This document shows positions 38,675 to 52,143 of a DNA stretch of 64,000 nt, in pieces. Made by a program: the position numbers and the translations under genes. Source of the stretch: Eledone cirrhosa (Eukaryota); NCBI GenBank assembly GCA_964016885.1, contig OZ024761.1:14818001-14882000 (forward strand). The letters are read 5' to 3'. Under the pieces are notes generated by a model. It did no database searches, was not told where the DNA came from, and was given only the letters and a program-made list of their open reading frames with translations. Each line of letters starts with the position of its first letter. Position 1 is the stretch's first letter.

Positions 38675-39224
38675 TTAATCCTTTAGCATTTACATTACTC
38701 GATATATACTATATAGTGAAGGCACATGGCTTAGTGGTTAGAGCATTGGCCTTGCAATCAAAAGGTTGTGAGTTCAATTCTCAGACCGGGTGATGTGTTG
38801 TTTCCTTGAGCAAGACACTTTATTTCACATTGCTCCAGTTTACTCAGCTGTAGAAATGAGATGATAGGGACTGGGGTCCCTATCATTCCACTGCAAAGTG
38901 GACGTGGAGGTGCCACGGCAAAAAAGCACCCAGCACTCACTGTAAATGAGGTTGGTGTTAGGAAGGGCATCCAGCTGTAGAAATCAAGCCAGAATCAGTT
39001 CCCGTCCCACCCTTGCAAGCAAGGAAAAGTGGACGTAAAATGAAATGATACTATTGTATTTTCATGGTTAAAGCTTTATATTACATAATTATCTCACATG
39101 ATATCAAATCGTTGAAATTTTGATGTTTTAACGTCAGTATGAATGGTCAGTTATGGCCGGTTTGAACACAAAGAGGTGAGAAAATTATGGCCGGAAATGG
39201 CCAGTTTAAATGCTAAAGGGTTAA
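38675..39224. mobile_element. piggyBac-type MITE split by a SINE A insertion
   Basis: Left end TTAATCCTTTAGCATT, right end AAATGCTAAAGGGTTAA; the body resumes after the SINE. Confidence 0.85.
38717..39047 (+). mobile_element. SINE family A, full length, nested in a MITE
   Basis: Homology to 777-1122; ATACTAT duplicated at 38706-38712 and 39048-39054. Confidence 0.9.
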
Positions 39225-40837
39225 ATGTTTATAGTATCTTTACTAAAGGATAGATCATTGTGAAAACTTAGAGTATTAGAATAAGGATTTCAATTGCTAA
39301 TATGATGCAGCCACTGTGCTGCTTTGTACTTTTCAAGACTGTTTTCCTAATGCGACTTCGTGTGGTACAGGACGTTAAGAGTTAATTGATAAAGGTGTTG
39401 ATGGTTTTGGGTGGTGATGGTGGTTGTGGTGGGGGGTTTCAGGCCTAATTTCTTGGCAAATACAGCAGGTTTTATAGAACCCCAATTCCCCTCAGATACA
39501 CACACACACACACACACACACATGTGATGAATGAAGCTGGGTAGGGATGGGTGCAAGGCAATGTTTGGAAGCTGCCGCGCCTATTGGCGTTCATGAAGTG
39601 ATTGTATTAACTGCATCTCGATGGTCTTTTTATTATATAAAACGCTGTTGAATGCGAATAAAACCAGCGCCAAAAGATGCAGTGTGTTGCAAACATTTCG
39701 TGTGTGGAGTTAGCAAAAAGACTTGATTGAATAGATGGGTGGTATGTGGTGGTGGTGTTGGGGTGTAGTGGTGGTGGTGGTGGGGCTGTAGTGATGGTGG
39801 TAGCTGTGGTGGTGTGAAGATGATGGTAGTAATAGTGGTGGTACTTGGTGGTGGTGGTGATGATGGTAGTGGGGTGGTGGTGGTGGTGGTGGTGGTGCTA
39901 AGGGTGTGTGGGTATGATTGTGGTGGTGTAGTGAGGGTGCTGATGGTGGTGGTGCTAGGGGGGGATGTGGTGATGGTGGTGGTGTTGGAGGGTAGTGGGT
40001 GGTGGTGGTTGTGTTGGAAGGTAGTGAGGGTGATGGTGGTGGTGTAGTGATAGTAGTAGTGGTGGTGTCAGTAGCAGTGCTTGTTGTTGTTGGTGGTGGT
40101 GGTGGTAGTCAGTGGTTGGGGTAGGGGTTATTGATTTTGGCATATTTTCCATAAAGGTTTCTTACAGACACAAAATCATTAACTTGTAGCTTCAGAGGCA
40201 GCAGGACAGTGACCTCTGCCCCCCCCCCCCCTCACCTACCTCACATCTCCCCACCATCACCACCTACTCCCATGTAATCTCCTCCATCTACCCCCATGTC
40301 TGTCTACCCCATTTTATTCCTCCACCACCCCACCAGCTCCATGTCTCTCCACCCCCACCTCTCTCCACTTCCGTTGTCGTCTCCCCCATCTAACCCCTCG
40401 GTCTATTCCACATCACACCCCCAACTCAACCTACCCTACATCTCTCACCCCAGTCACACCCCACCATCACCTGCTTCATCTACCCTATGGCCCTCTACCC
40501 ACCTGTTGCCATTCCAATAATTAAATCAGCACGAAATGTTATATAAAAGATTTTATTCTTTTATATTTTTACTGGCTCCAATCATTAGACTGTGACCATG
40601 CTGGAGCACCAGCTTGAGGGAATCATCATCATCATCATCATTTAATGTCCACTTTCCCGATTTTAGTGAATAATATCGACCCTAGCCCTTATTTTTCATG
40701 TCTGGTGCTTATTTTATTGGTTTGCTCTTTGATGGACATAAACACAGACACAAATGTGTAGACACACACACCTTGACGGGCTTCTGCAAAAAAAAGCTAT
40801 ATGGGAGGAAAGCAAATACATTCACACACACATATAA

Positions 40838-40920
40838 TAGAGATGACTTCTACAGGACCAGAACTGTTTCATTCATGAGAAATCATCATCCAGTTCTAGT
40901 CGTGGTGAAGTCATTTCTAT
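40838..40920 (-). mobile_element. Foldback family P, short diverged copy
   Basis: ATAGAGATGACTTCTACAGGACCAGAACTG ... CAGTTCTAGTCGTGGTGAAGTCATTTCTAT; minus strand retains TGATGA-tTTC..GAAt-GAAACAGTTC. Confidence 0.65.
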
Positions 40921-40935
40921 AATAAAATAAATACT

Positions 40936-41122
40936 ATAATTGTTTCTACTTTTGGCACAAGGCCAGCAATTACCCAGTACATTACTGGTACTTTGTTTTA
41001 TCGACCCTGTAATGAAAGGCAAAGTTAACCTCGACGGGATTTGAACTCAAACCGTAACGGGACGTAACTATGCTAGAAAGCATGGCGTCCAACCCTCTAC
41101 TGATACTGCCAATTCACCGCCC
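40936..41122 (-). mobile_element. SINE family B
   Basis: Core and tail present; TSD AAATAAATACTATAA on both sides. Confidence 0.88.
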
Positions 41123-41221
41123 TCTAAATAAATACTATAACATACTATAATATACTCTACTAATGTATTGAGTACCTTATTTAACTGCGGACACCTCCCG
41201 ATATACATCAGAAATCTACCC

Positions 41222-41257
<36 letters not shown>

Positions 41258-41466
41258 ATATATTTGTTGGTGTTAGAAAGGGCATCCAGCCGTAGAAAAC
41301 CTGCCAGAGACAGTTCTATACGAGCGAGACACGGTCTCTCAACCAATCGCGCAGCAAGTGGAACAACACCGTCTAACCCATGCTAGCGTGGAAGTTGGGC
41401 ATTAAACAATGATGATAATGATATACACAACCCAGGCATGGAAAATAGGTGTTAAGCTATGATGAT

Positions 41467-41499
<33 letters not shown>

Positions 41500-41648
41500 T
41501 ACTTGGGGAGGGTCATATTGTTATAATATTGCCAGAAATAATAACAGAACACACTCACTGTTTGGTTTGGGTTGGTTTTCGCTTCTGTATCTTTTATATC
41601 TCCATAGTTAATTTATTTGGCAATCATTGTTTATCATATATATACACA

Positions 41649-41723
41649 CAGTAGGTGTCCCAAAAAATGTATACACACTTCAACAGTATTCTAATCAAAC
41701 TGTGTATACATTTTTGGGACACC

Positions 41724-41726
<3 letters not shown>
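41649..41726. mobile_element. Tc1/mariner-type mini-MITE (~78 bp)
   Basis: GGTGTCCCAAAAAATGTATACACA / TGTGTATACATTTTTGGGACACCCTG-TA; CAGGGTGT-type terminus next to TA. Confidence 0.7.
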
Positions 41727-41783
<57 letters not shown>

Positions 41784-42257
41784 CAACTGTGTGTAAGATT
41801 GTACTCTTTAATAGTTTTCATGTGATTCTTTGTTATTTGAATTTAATGAATCCCAATGATTGCCATAATATAAATTAATTAGTTATCTCCATCATCATTT
41901 CTCCTGGCCCCTTGTGTATGTTCTGTAAATATTTGTGTTTGGGTCTCACCGCTAGATCAAGTCACACCTCCATATTACATGCAGCATTCTTGATTCAGTA
42001 CGTGACTTGTATATGAGACATAGGCTGTGTTTATCAATACCACTTATATATATGATGTATGTATGCTTAGATGAAATTACCATTAGTGCGTCTATACACA
42101 CACACTCTCACATATATATATGTGCCTATATATATATATATATTAATTTCCTAAACACCAAAGAGCTTTTAATCAACTGGTAAAGGAGTTTAACTACTCC
42201 AGTTAATATTATCATAAGCATAATATTAATACAACTATTATATTATGCGTCTAAAAA

Positions 42258-42450
42258 GCGGTGGATTGGCAGTATTGGTAGAGGGTCAGACGCCATACAT
42301 TGGAGCATAGAGTTACGGCCCTTTATGATCTGAGTTCAAATTCCTCCGAGGTTAACTTTGCCTTTCATCCTTACGGGGTCGATAAAATAAAGTACCAGTA
42401 ATGCACTGGGATAATTGCTGGCCTTGTGCCAAAACTAGAAACAATTATAT
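42258..42450 (+). mobile_element. SINE family B, full length
   Basis: Head, B-box GAGTTCAAATTCC, core and tail; TSD ATTATATTATG(C/T)GTCT. Confidence 0.9.
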
Positions 42451-42458
42451 TATGTGTC

Positions 42459-42491
<33 letters not shown>

Positions 42492-42714
42492 GATTTCGAC
42501 CTCATTGCTTACAATTTGCTCAACACACACACACACACACATATATATATCCATCCTTATGTTTGGGCTTACAAGACGAGGAAAAAAGTGTCTTCTGTAC
42601 CAGAATAGTGACTAATAAATGATATATATATTTATTAATATATATTTTTGTTGTGTGATCAGCAGCCTTTCGCGAAATTCAGATCAACAACAGCGATTAA
42701 TCACATATATCTAT

Positions 42715-42872
42715 CTATCTAAGGCGGGTAAAATTCCCGAGATCCATGGACGAGTTCTCTCCAGCGGTCTCTGTCCCTCATTATCGCTGCCATATCCTGC
42801 ATCTCCAACAGACCAGTGTCTGTCCTTAGGGCATCAACATATGTTAACCTTGGTCTTCCTCTTCTAGTGTGT
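42715..42872 (-). pseudogene. RTE/RTE-X-clade LINE 3' terminus
   Basis: Translates HTRRGRPRLTYVDALRTDTGL...MRDRDRWRELV then stop and a (TAGA)n tail, the typical RTE C-terminus (RGRP...DR..WR). Confidence 0.8.
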
Positions 42873-43156
42873 CCATATATGTGTCTGTATACATGTGCAC
42901 AACACATACTGCATCAATCCAGAAGGAAAAGAAGTCACATTTTATGACATTAAACAAAGGTAATGTATTTAAAATAGTGGAATCTTATAAACCATGGAGT
43001 TGTAAAAAAAAAAAAAAAAAAAAATTATTTCCGGTTTAAGCTGTTATTTCCTTTCTTAATTTCCTCGCCAAAAGTGTGATGTTTCAACTGAATTTTATTT
43101 CTGTTCAGTTCACTGCTTTTGTGTATGTGTGTGTGTGTATGTGTGTGTGTGTATGA

Positions 43157-43295
43157 GTCCTGGGTTCAATCTGGGGGGGGGGGGATAACCACAGTAAGTA
43201 AGGTACTCAATACATTAGTAGAGTATGTACAAAATTTAGTATAGAAATGGCTTCTATAGGACTAGACCTGTTTCATTTGAAGGAAATCATCCTTT
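43157..43295 (-). mobile_element. Family P copy without an inverted arm
   Basis: CCACAGTAAGTAAGGTACTCAATACAT...ATAGAAATGGCTTCTATAGGACTAGACCTGTTTCAT is the reverse of 14470-14597. Confidence 0.7.
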
Positions 43296-43316
43296 CAATG
43301 TTTATTTTAGGTTATG

Positions 43317-43374
43317 CCGTCTGAAGAGCTCAGGCTATCTTAACTGATCGTCCTCAGTGAAATATGTATAACAG
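43317..43374 (+). ncRNA. Type I hammerhead candidate (slightly decayed)
   Basis: CCGT-CTGAAGA-GCTcAGG(17 nt)CCTcAGT-GAAA-TATGTA-TA-ACAG; same stem III as 10218; stem I short with one mismatch. Confidence 0.55.
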
Positions 43375-43751
43375 ATTTTTAAATAAACCAGAATAATCAA
43401 CCAAATATGGTCTCTGAACATACTTATCTGTACAGCGGCTGTCACCAATGGTAAAGGCAAGCTTGCTTGGCTTATAAACATGGCTAATACAGCATTTCCT
43501 TTGTTCTTCTATAACATACCACCACCACCACCACCACCATCTCCCCAGCCCTAACAGAATCAATTTTTTGAATTAGGTCAAGTTGTATTTGTTCAACAGC
43601 AGCAGCAAAGTCACCAAAGATGAAGGGAGAGGGGCATTTTAACTCCAGGGTTTCCTATATATATAAATATATATATATATATACACATATACTTGCACAG
43701 TTATATACATACATAGTTACACATGCATACTTTAGCATGCACACACACATG

Positions 43752-43787
<36 letters not shown>

Positions 43788-43789
43788 CA

Positions 43790-43950
43790 TATACTTAAGC
43801 ATGCATATATATATACACATACTTAAGCATGCATATATATATACACATACTTAAGCATGCATATATATATACACATACTTAAGCATGCATATATATATAC
43901 ACATACTTAAGCATGCATATATATATACACATACTTAAGCATGCATATAT
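43790..43950. repeat. ~28-bp minisatellite (ACACATACTTAAGCATGCATATATATAT)
   Basis: About six units. Confidence 0.9.
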
Positions 43951-44221
43951 ATATATATATATACACATACATACTTGCACACATCTACATACTTATATAT
44001 ATGCACACAAACACACATACACACAGGCAAGCACTTTTATTATTTTTTGACAAGTCTTGGTTTTAAAAATGCAACTCATACAAAAAGATAAAAGAAAAAC
44101 TAAATCCTAATCCAAATGAAAGGAGCAGACGACCATATCTGACATGTTTGTTGTCTCAGTAACTTCTTAAAACAAAGATTTTCCTTGTCATCTCTTTCTC
44201 TCCCCCCTCTCGCTCTCTCTC

Positions 44222-44252
<31 letters not shown>

Positions 44253-44259
44253 CTTTCTC

Positions 44260-44449
<190 letters not shown>

Positions 44450-47369
44450 ACCCAATTTCTTTTTCCCTTGGCATCTTCTAACCTCCTTTTCTGCCAACTG
44501 AAAGGACAATTGAAGAGGAGGAGAAGGCCTATGGCATGAGGGTTTTTTCCCCCTTGTTTTCTCTCTTCAAGTTGACCTTAAGTGACACTGTCTCTCACCA
44601 CCATCACCACCCAACCTGTGACATTCAAAATTGAAATGTTTTGTTTAAAACAATTTTTTTTTTTGTTACTTTTTTCTTTTCTAGTGGCCCAGTGGTTAGT
44701 TTGGGTGTTTAACTCAGGATCTCAAAACCCTTGTTTTGTTGGATACCTTGACTGGGCATCATGATATGTTTGGTCTTGATCATGATGCTATGTTTCACTT
44801 GGATTCTCATTTGAAAAGCTTTCTCATGTTAATATTGCGTTTGGGTGAAAAATAACTAAATGACAATTTCAAAAATGAGAGGAATTGATGAAACTCGAGA
44901 TTGCGAGAGTGGGGTGGGGGGATATGGACCTGGGTATCTGAGGACCCCTGAACTATTATACAGTCATTGAGGTTTGAAAAGCCTGCCCTTGTTAACATAA
45001 TGCTTAGGTGAAAACTTACTAGATGACAGTTCAAAATGGTGGTGTGGGGAGAAATTGAGGAAAGTTGGGATTGCAAGGGGAAGGAATAGGACTGTTGGAC
45101 TATTATATAGTCATTGAAAAGCTTGCCTGCCCTTGTTAATAAATGGTTAGGTGGAAAAGGGGGGAGGGGTAGAAATTGAGGAAAGCTTGTATTGCAAGGA
45201 GGGATGCGCTCTCTGTATCTGAGGACTACTGATTTAGTTGAGTGAGGAACTGCAGAAAGCTGTGATTGCAAGAGGAGGGTGTGTGTGGCTTAATGTCTTG
45301 AGAACCACAGCTTAGTTTGAGGAAAGGTAGGATTGGAAGGTGAGGGGTGTGATCTGGGTCTCTGAGAATCACTGGACTATACAATTACTGTAGTTTGAAA
45401 AGCTTGCTCCTGTTAGTATGGTGTTAATATGGTGCTTACTCTCAGGTCTCGAATAATCTCCCCCCTTATTAATTTTTCAGATTTTTTCCACCCTCCCTTA
45501 CTAATTAAATTTTGCTAATCTATCTCCAGTGGAATTTTATTTTAAGTGGTAGCATTCTTGCGATAGTTTTCTTTCTTGCAGGTAGAGGAGGAGAAATTGT
45601 AACACGGTGGGTCTGGGGCCTCCTTGTCATAAAAATGCACTGAAGAAACCTAATAAGAGGCTCAGTGCATCCTTCTTTTTTGCTCACTTATTCTGGAGGG
45701 GGGGGGCAGAGTCCTCGAACACTCCTTCCAGTGGGTCCTGTCAGAAGAAACTGATCCGGCTGGACCCCCAACCTTGACCAGCCAAGCTCATGGTTCCTCA
45801 GTGCACCCTCAATTCATATTTTGCTCCCCTCTCTCCTTCCACAATGTCCTGGCAGAATGCTAACAAGATCTCCTCATAAAAATACTCAGAGAAACCTACT
45901 AATGGGTGCAGTCTCATACATAAATGTATGTATGTGTGTGTGTGTCCCCACTCCCTGGTGGAACTTACACAGGTGTGAGCCAGTCATATGAGCTGACATC
46001 AATAGCAACTGCAACAAGCAATCCCACTTGACCTTATTTCCTTCTTCATCATCTGTGGTCCTTGGTGGTGGTGAGGTGATGGTGGTGTGATGTTAGTTGT
46101 GGTGGTGGTAGTGGTGGTGGTTTGGTGTTAGTTGTGGTGGTGGTGGTGGTGGTGGTGGTGGTGGTGGTGGTGGTGGTGGTAGTGGTGTTAGTTGTGGTGG
46201 TGGTGTGGTGTTAGTTGTGGTGGTGGTGTGGTGGTGGTGATAGTGGTGGTGTGGTGTGGTGTTAGTTGTGGTGGTGGTGATGGTGGTGGTGTGGTGTTAG
46301 TTATGGTGTGATGGTGGTGGTGTGGTGTTAGTTGTGGTGGTGGTGGTGGTGTTAGTTGTGGTGTGGTGGTGGTGGTGGTGTGGTGGTGGTGGTGGTGTTA
46401 GAGGTTTGTACTGAAGTTTAATTAGATGGTATTAAAGAAAAAGGAAGAAAAAAAAACTAGCTTTTATTTAAGTCAAACTGAAGAAGACTTGTTCTGTGAG
46501 GTTTAACAACCACCATGTCTTGGTGGTGGTGTTGTTGTTGTTGTTGTTGTTGATGATGATTCAGCCATTATCTTTATTTCATCTAAATCTGTCTGGTATC
46601 TCCTCCATCACCACCACCACCACCACACTAACTTACTACTACTAGTACTACTACTAGTACTACTACTACTAGTACTACTACTACTACTACTACTACTACT
46701 ACACAGCTTATTCTACCTTACACTCTCCCCATCTCCCACTCTCCCTACACTTTGGTTTTATACCTTTGAGATTTTTATCTCTCTCTCTCTTTCTCCCCTC
46801 TCTTTATCTTCCCCTATCTCTCTGTATTTCTCTTCCCCCTCTCTCAATACTTTTTCAGAAATTTATCTTTGTATCTCTCCATTTCTCTCTCTCTCGCTCT
46901 TCTCTTTTTTTTCCATTTCTCTCTCTATCTCTCTTCTCTTCCCCTCTCTCTATCTCTGTCAATTACCTCTCCTCCCTCTCTCTCTTCCCTTTCCCTCTCT
47001 GTATATCTCTATCTCTTCCCTTTCCTCTCTCTGTATCTCTCTTTATCACTCTTCACTCTCTGTATCTCTCTATCTCTGTCAATTACCTCTCCTCTCTCTC
47101 TCTCTTCCCTTTCCCTCTCTGTATATCTCTATCTCTTCCCTTTCCTCTCTCTGTATCTCTCCCGCTTCCCCCCCTCCCTCTCTCTCTCCTCATTCTCTCA
47201 GTACCTTTCAGAGATATTTTATTATCAATAGTCTTTATTCATTAAATTACAATGTGTCTTCGTTATCTAAATGTAATTTACTTGGTACATATGTCATCTT
47301 AATTACCATCTATCCTATAAACTATCTAGAGGACAATCTTATGGCAGCTGGGCTATTTTCTGTTTACTG

Positions 47370-49900
47370 GTGCTACAGCCTGGCCTTGGTCTCCAGTGTT
47401 GAGTTATAACATAGGATGTGTTGCTACAGCCTGGCCTTAGTCTCCAGTGTTGAGTTATAACATAGGATGTGTTGCTACAGCCTGGCCTTAGACTCCAGTG
47501 TTGAGTTATAACATAGGATGTGTTGCTACAGCCTCCAGTGTTGGGTTATAACATAGGATGTGTTGCTACAGCCTGGCCTTAGTCTCCAGTGTTGAGTTAT
47601 AACATAGGATGTGTTGCTACAGCCTGGCCTTAGACTCCAGTGTTGAGTTATAACATAGGATGTGTTGCTACAGCCTGGCCTTAGACTCCAGTGTTGAGTT
47701 ATAACATAGGATGTGTTGCTACAGCCTGGCCTTAGACTCCAGTGTTGAGTTATAACATAGGATGTGTTGCTACAGCCTCCAGTGTTGGGTTATAACATAG
47801 GATGTGTTGCTACAGCCTGGCCTTAGTCTCCAGTGTTGAGTTATAACATAGGATGTGTTGCTACAGCCTCCAGTGTTGGGTTATAACATAGGATGTGTTG
47901 CTACAGCCTGGCCTTAGTCTCCAGTGTTGAGTTATAACATAGGATGTGTTGCTACAGCCTGGCCTTAGTCTCCAGTGTTGAGTTATAACATAGGATGTGT
48001 TGCTACAGCCTGGCCTTAGACTCCAGTGTTGAGTTATAACATAGGATGTGTTGCTACAGCCTGGCCTTAGTCTCCAGTGTTGAGTTATAACATAGGATGT
48101 GTTGCTACAGCCTGGCCTTAGTCTCCAGTGTTGAGTTGTAACATAGGATGTGTTGCTACAGCCTGGCCTTAGTCTCCAGCGTTGAGTTATAACATAGGAT
48201 GTGTTGCTACAGCCTGGCCTTAGTCTCCAGTGTTGAGTTATAACATAGGATGTGTTGCTACAGCCTGGCCTTAGACTCCAGTGTTGAGTTATAACATAGG
48301 ATGTGTTGCTACAGCCTGGCCTTAGTCTCCAGTGTTGAGTTATAACATAGGATGTGTTGCTACAGCCTCCAGTGTTGGGTTATAACATAGGATGTGTTGC
48401 TACAGCCTCCAGTGTTGGGTTATAACATAGGATGTGTTGCTACAGCCTGGCCTTAGTCTCCAGTGTTGAGTTGTAACATAGGATGTGTTGCTACAGCCTG
48501 GCCTTAGTCTCCAGCGTTGAGTTATAACATAGGATGTGTTGCTACAGCCTGGCCTTAGTCTCCAGTGTTGAGTTATAACATAGGATGTGTTGCTACAGCC
48601 TGGCCTTAGACTCCAGTGTTGAGTTATAACATAGGATGTGTTGCTACAGCCTGGCCTTAGTCTCCAGTGTTGAGTTATAACATAGGATGTGTTGCTACAG
48701 CCTGGCCTTAGTCTCCAGTGTTGAGTTATAACATAGGATGTGTTGCTACAGCCTCCAGTGTTGGGTTATAACATAGGATGTGTTGCTACAGCCTCCAGTG
48801 TTGGGTTATAACATAGGATGTGTTGCTACAGCCTGGCCTTAGTCTCCAGTGTTGAGTTGTAACATAGGATGTGTTGCTACAGCCTGGCCTTAGTCTCCAG
48901 CGTTGAGTTATAACATAGGATGTGTTGCTACAGCCTGGCCTTAGTCTCCAGTGTTGAGTTATAACATAGGATGTGTTGCTACAGCCTGGCCTTAGACTCC
49001 AGTGTTGAGTTATAACATAGGATGTGTTGCTACAGCCTCCAGTGTTGGGTTATAACATAGGATGTGTTGCTACAGCCTGGCCTTAGTCTCCAGTGTTGAG
49101 TTATAACATAGGATGTGTTGCTACAGCCTGGCCTTAGTCTCCAGTGTTGAGTTATAACATAGGATGTGTTGCTACAGCCTGGCCTTAGTCTCCAGTGTTG
49201 AGTTATAACATAGGATGTGTTGCTACAGCCTCCAGTGTTGGGTTATAACATAGGATGTGTTGCTACAGCCTCCAGTGTTGGGTTATAACATAGGATGTGT
49301 TGCTACAGCCTGGCCTTAGTCTCCAGTGTTGAGTTGTAACATAGGATGTGTTGCTACAGCCTGGCCTTAGTCTCCAGCGTTGAGTTATAACATAGGATGT
49401 GTTGCTACAGCCTGGCCTTAGTCTCCAGTGTTGAGTTATAACATAGGATGTGTTGCTACAGCCTGGCCTTAGACTCCAGTGTTGAGTTATAACATAGGAT
49501 GTGTTGCTACAGCCTCCAGTGTTGGGTTATAACATAGGATGTGTTGCTACAGCCTGGCCTTAGTCTCCAGTGTTGAGTTATAACATAGGATGTGTTGCTA
49601 CAGCCTGGCCTTAGACTCCAGTGTTGAGTTAAAACATAGGATGTCTTGCTACAGCCTCCAGTGTTGGGTTATAACATAGGATGTGTTGCTACAGCCTGGC
49701 CTTAGACTCCAGTGTTGAGTTATAACATAGGATGTCTTGCTACAGCCTCCAGTGTTGGGTTATAACATAGGATGTGTTGCTACAGCCTGGCCTTAGTCTC
49801 CAGTGTTGAGTTGCAACATAGGATGTGTTGCTACAACTTAGCCTTACTCTCCAGTGTTGTTATAACATAGGATATGTTGCTACAGCTTAGCCTTAGACTT
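47370..49900. repeat. 51/40-bp two-variant satellite, ~51 units
   Basis: Long unit TTATAACATAGGATGTGTTGCTACAGCCTGGCCTTAG(T/A)CTCCAGTGTTGAG; the short unit lacks 11 bp and ends GGG. Confidence 0.97.
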
Positions 49901-50489
49901 CAGTATTCAGTTGTAGTAACACAAGCAATAGTGCTACAGTATGGCCTTAACTCTTAATACCAAGCTGCCTGAAACCACCCCTGGTTCCATGAAACATGAC
50001 TGTTTGTTTGACAAAGTTTATATTAATCTAAAAACCATCCATCATAATTCTATGTGAGCACCTTTGTTAAGTTATGTTCCAAATGCCAGCTTAATAATGA
50101 GAAAATCTAAAATCGACACATGGGGCAAACAAAGGACACCGAAATCTTGGAGAAGGTAGATACTCTGAGATTTCCCATTTGTCAGCTATCTACTGGGTGT
50201 CTTTGTAGTTTCAGGTGCTAAGACAGTACTACTCTTTCCAGTGCACCAATAGCTCCTAAAAGGCAGGGGAAAAAACTATTTGGATTAAAATTCCACAGCG
50301 ATGAAACAAGACAAGTAACAGTATAGGTCAGAGTCTTTCAACTCATTGGATAGGGAAACAAGACGAAAAATGTGTAAACTGATATGGGAAAGGAATAGCT
50401 CCAAAGGTAAAACAGAGATCCAGTGGAACACCCCACTGATTCCACACATTGTTTCCAAAGGCCATGGTCTTGAGCACCTCTGCTGTCTC

Positions 50490-50840
50490 TTTTACAGGGT
50501 GGACTAAGTACTTTCTCATTGTGTTACCACCACAACCACCTTATAGGGTAGACTGGCTGCTTTCTCATTTGTTACCAGCACAACCACCTTACAGGGTCGA
50601 CTGAGTGCTTTCTTGTGTTACCAACAAGACCGCCTTACAGGGTCGACTGAGTGCTTTCTTGTTGTGTCACCAGCATGACCACCTTACTGGGTGGACTGGG
50701 TACTTATTGTGTTATCAACAAGACTGCCTTACAGGGTGGACTGGGTACTTCTCGTGTTACCAACAAGACCTCCTTACAGGGTGGACTGGATACTTTTCCC
50801 ATGTCACCATCACGGCGCTTATATGTATGATGGACTGGAT
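50490..50840. repeat. Degenerate ~45-bp tandem related to SINE-A/A2 subrepeats
   Basis: CCTTACAGGGTGGACTGGGTACTT..TGTTACCAACAAGAC, about seven units. Confidence 0.7.
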
Positions 50841-50971
50841 GCTTTGATGGTTGTAGTACCAGATCACCATACGGGGATGGGGGTAGATCTTTTGGCTTTT
50901 TTGTTTTTATATATATTTATTTTAAAACCGTCTATCATTAACTTTATTATGTTCTAAACATCAGCTTAATG

Positions 50972-51161
50972 ATTATTTCTACTTTTGGCACAAGGCCAGC
51001 AATTACCCAGTGCATGACTGGTGCTTTATTTTATCGACCCCGTAAGGATGAAAGGCAAAGTTAACCTCAGCGGGATTTGAACTCAGACTGTCAAGGGCCG
51101 TAACTCTATGCTGTAAAGCATGGTGTTTGATGCTCTACCAATACTGCCAATCCACCGCCCT
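50972..51161 (-). mobile_element. SINE family B
   Basis: Full core; TSD-like CATCAGCTT..TAATGA on both sides. Confidence 0.88.
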
Positions 51162-51459
51162 TCATCAGCTTTATAATGAGAAAGTTTTATCACTAAATCA
51201 AATAATCTCTCTGGATTTTAGATTATTTACAAAATTAATTGAAAATCATAGGCAGCTTCTTTCATTTGAAATATGATAAAGAATGGGTTAATTTCATGAA
51301 ACACCGCCCTTTGTCTGTTCCCAAACCCCCTCTTCAATCTGTCACTGATTCCCTCCCTTTCTCACCCCCACACCAGCTCTCCAGCTATGAGGAATATGCA
51401 CCAGATTACACTTGTTGCCAAGATAAACTGAAGTTCAGTTCACAAATGTGGATTATATG

Positions 51460-52073
51460 ATGGAGGTGGTAGTGGTAGTGGTGGTGGTGGTGGTGGTGGT
51501 GGTATTGGTTGTAGTGGTATGTGGTGGTGGTGGTGTGTGGTGGTGGTATTGGTTGTAGTGGTATGTGTTGGTGGTAGTAGTGGTGTGTGGTGGTGGTGGT
51601 AGTGGTATTGGTTGTGGTGGTGGTAGTAGTGGTGGTGGTGGTATGTGGTGGTGGTAGTAGTGGTGTGTGGTGGTGGTATTGGTAGTAGTGGTGTGTGGTG
51701 GTATGTGGTGGTGGTGGTAGTAGTACTGGTGGGTGGTGGTGGTGGTGGTGGTAGTAGTGGTGTGTGGTCGTGGTAATGGTGGTGTGTGGTCGTGGTAATG
51801 GTGGTGTGTGGTGGTGGTGGTGGTGGTAGTGGGAGAGTGTGGTAGCGGTTGTGGTATTGGTCGTAGTGGTGTGTGGTGGTGGTGGTGATATTGGTTATAG
51901 TGGTGTGTGGGGATGTGAAGACAGAGAGAAAGAGACAAGGATCTTGATATTCTAAGCAGACCTTAGTGACAGAAAGAGAGAAAGAATGGAAACTTGATGA
52001 TTTTGAGCAATCTCAACAAGAGGGAGAGAGTGTGCCTGAGATAGTGTGTGTTGGAGAGAGAAATTGTATGTGC

Positions 52074-52143
<70 letters not shown>

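Noticed and set aside
45566-45680. Strong splice acceptor TTTTCTTTCTTGCAG and CTGAAGA hairpin
   Set aside because: No sustained reading frame follows and there is no GAAA to complete a ribozyme.
47370-49900. CRISPR-like regular array
   Set aside because: No unique spacers, eukaryotic context and no cas genes.
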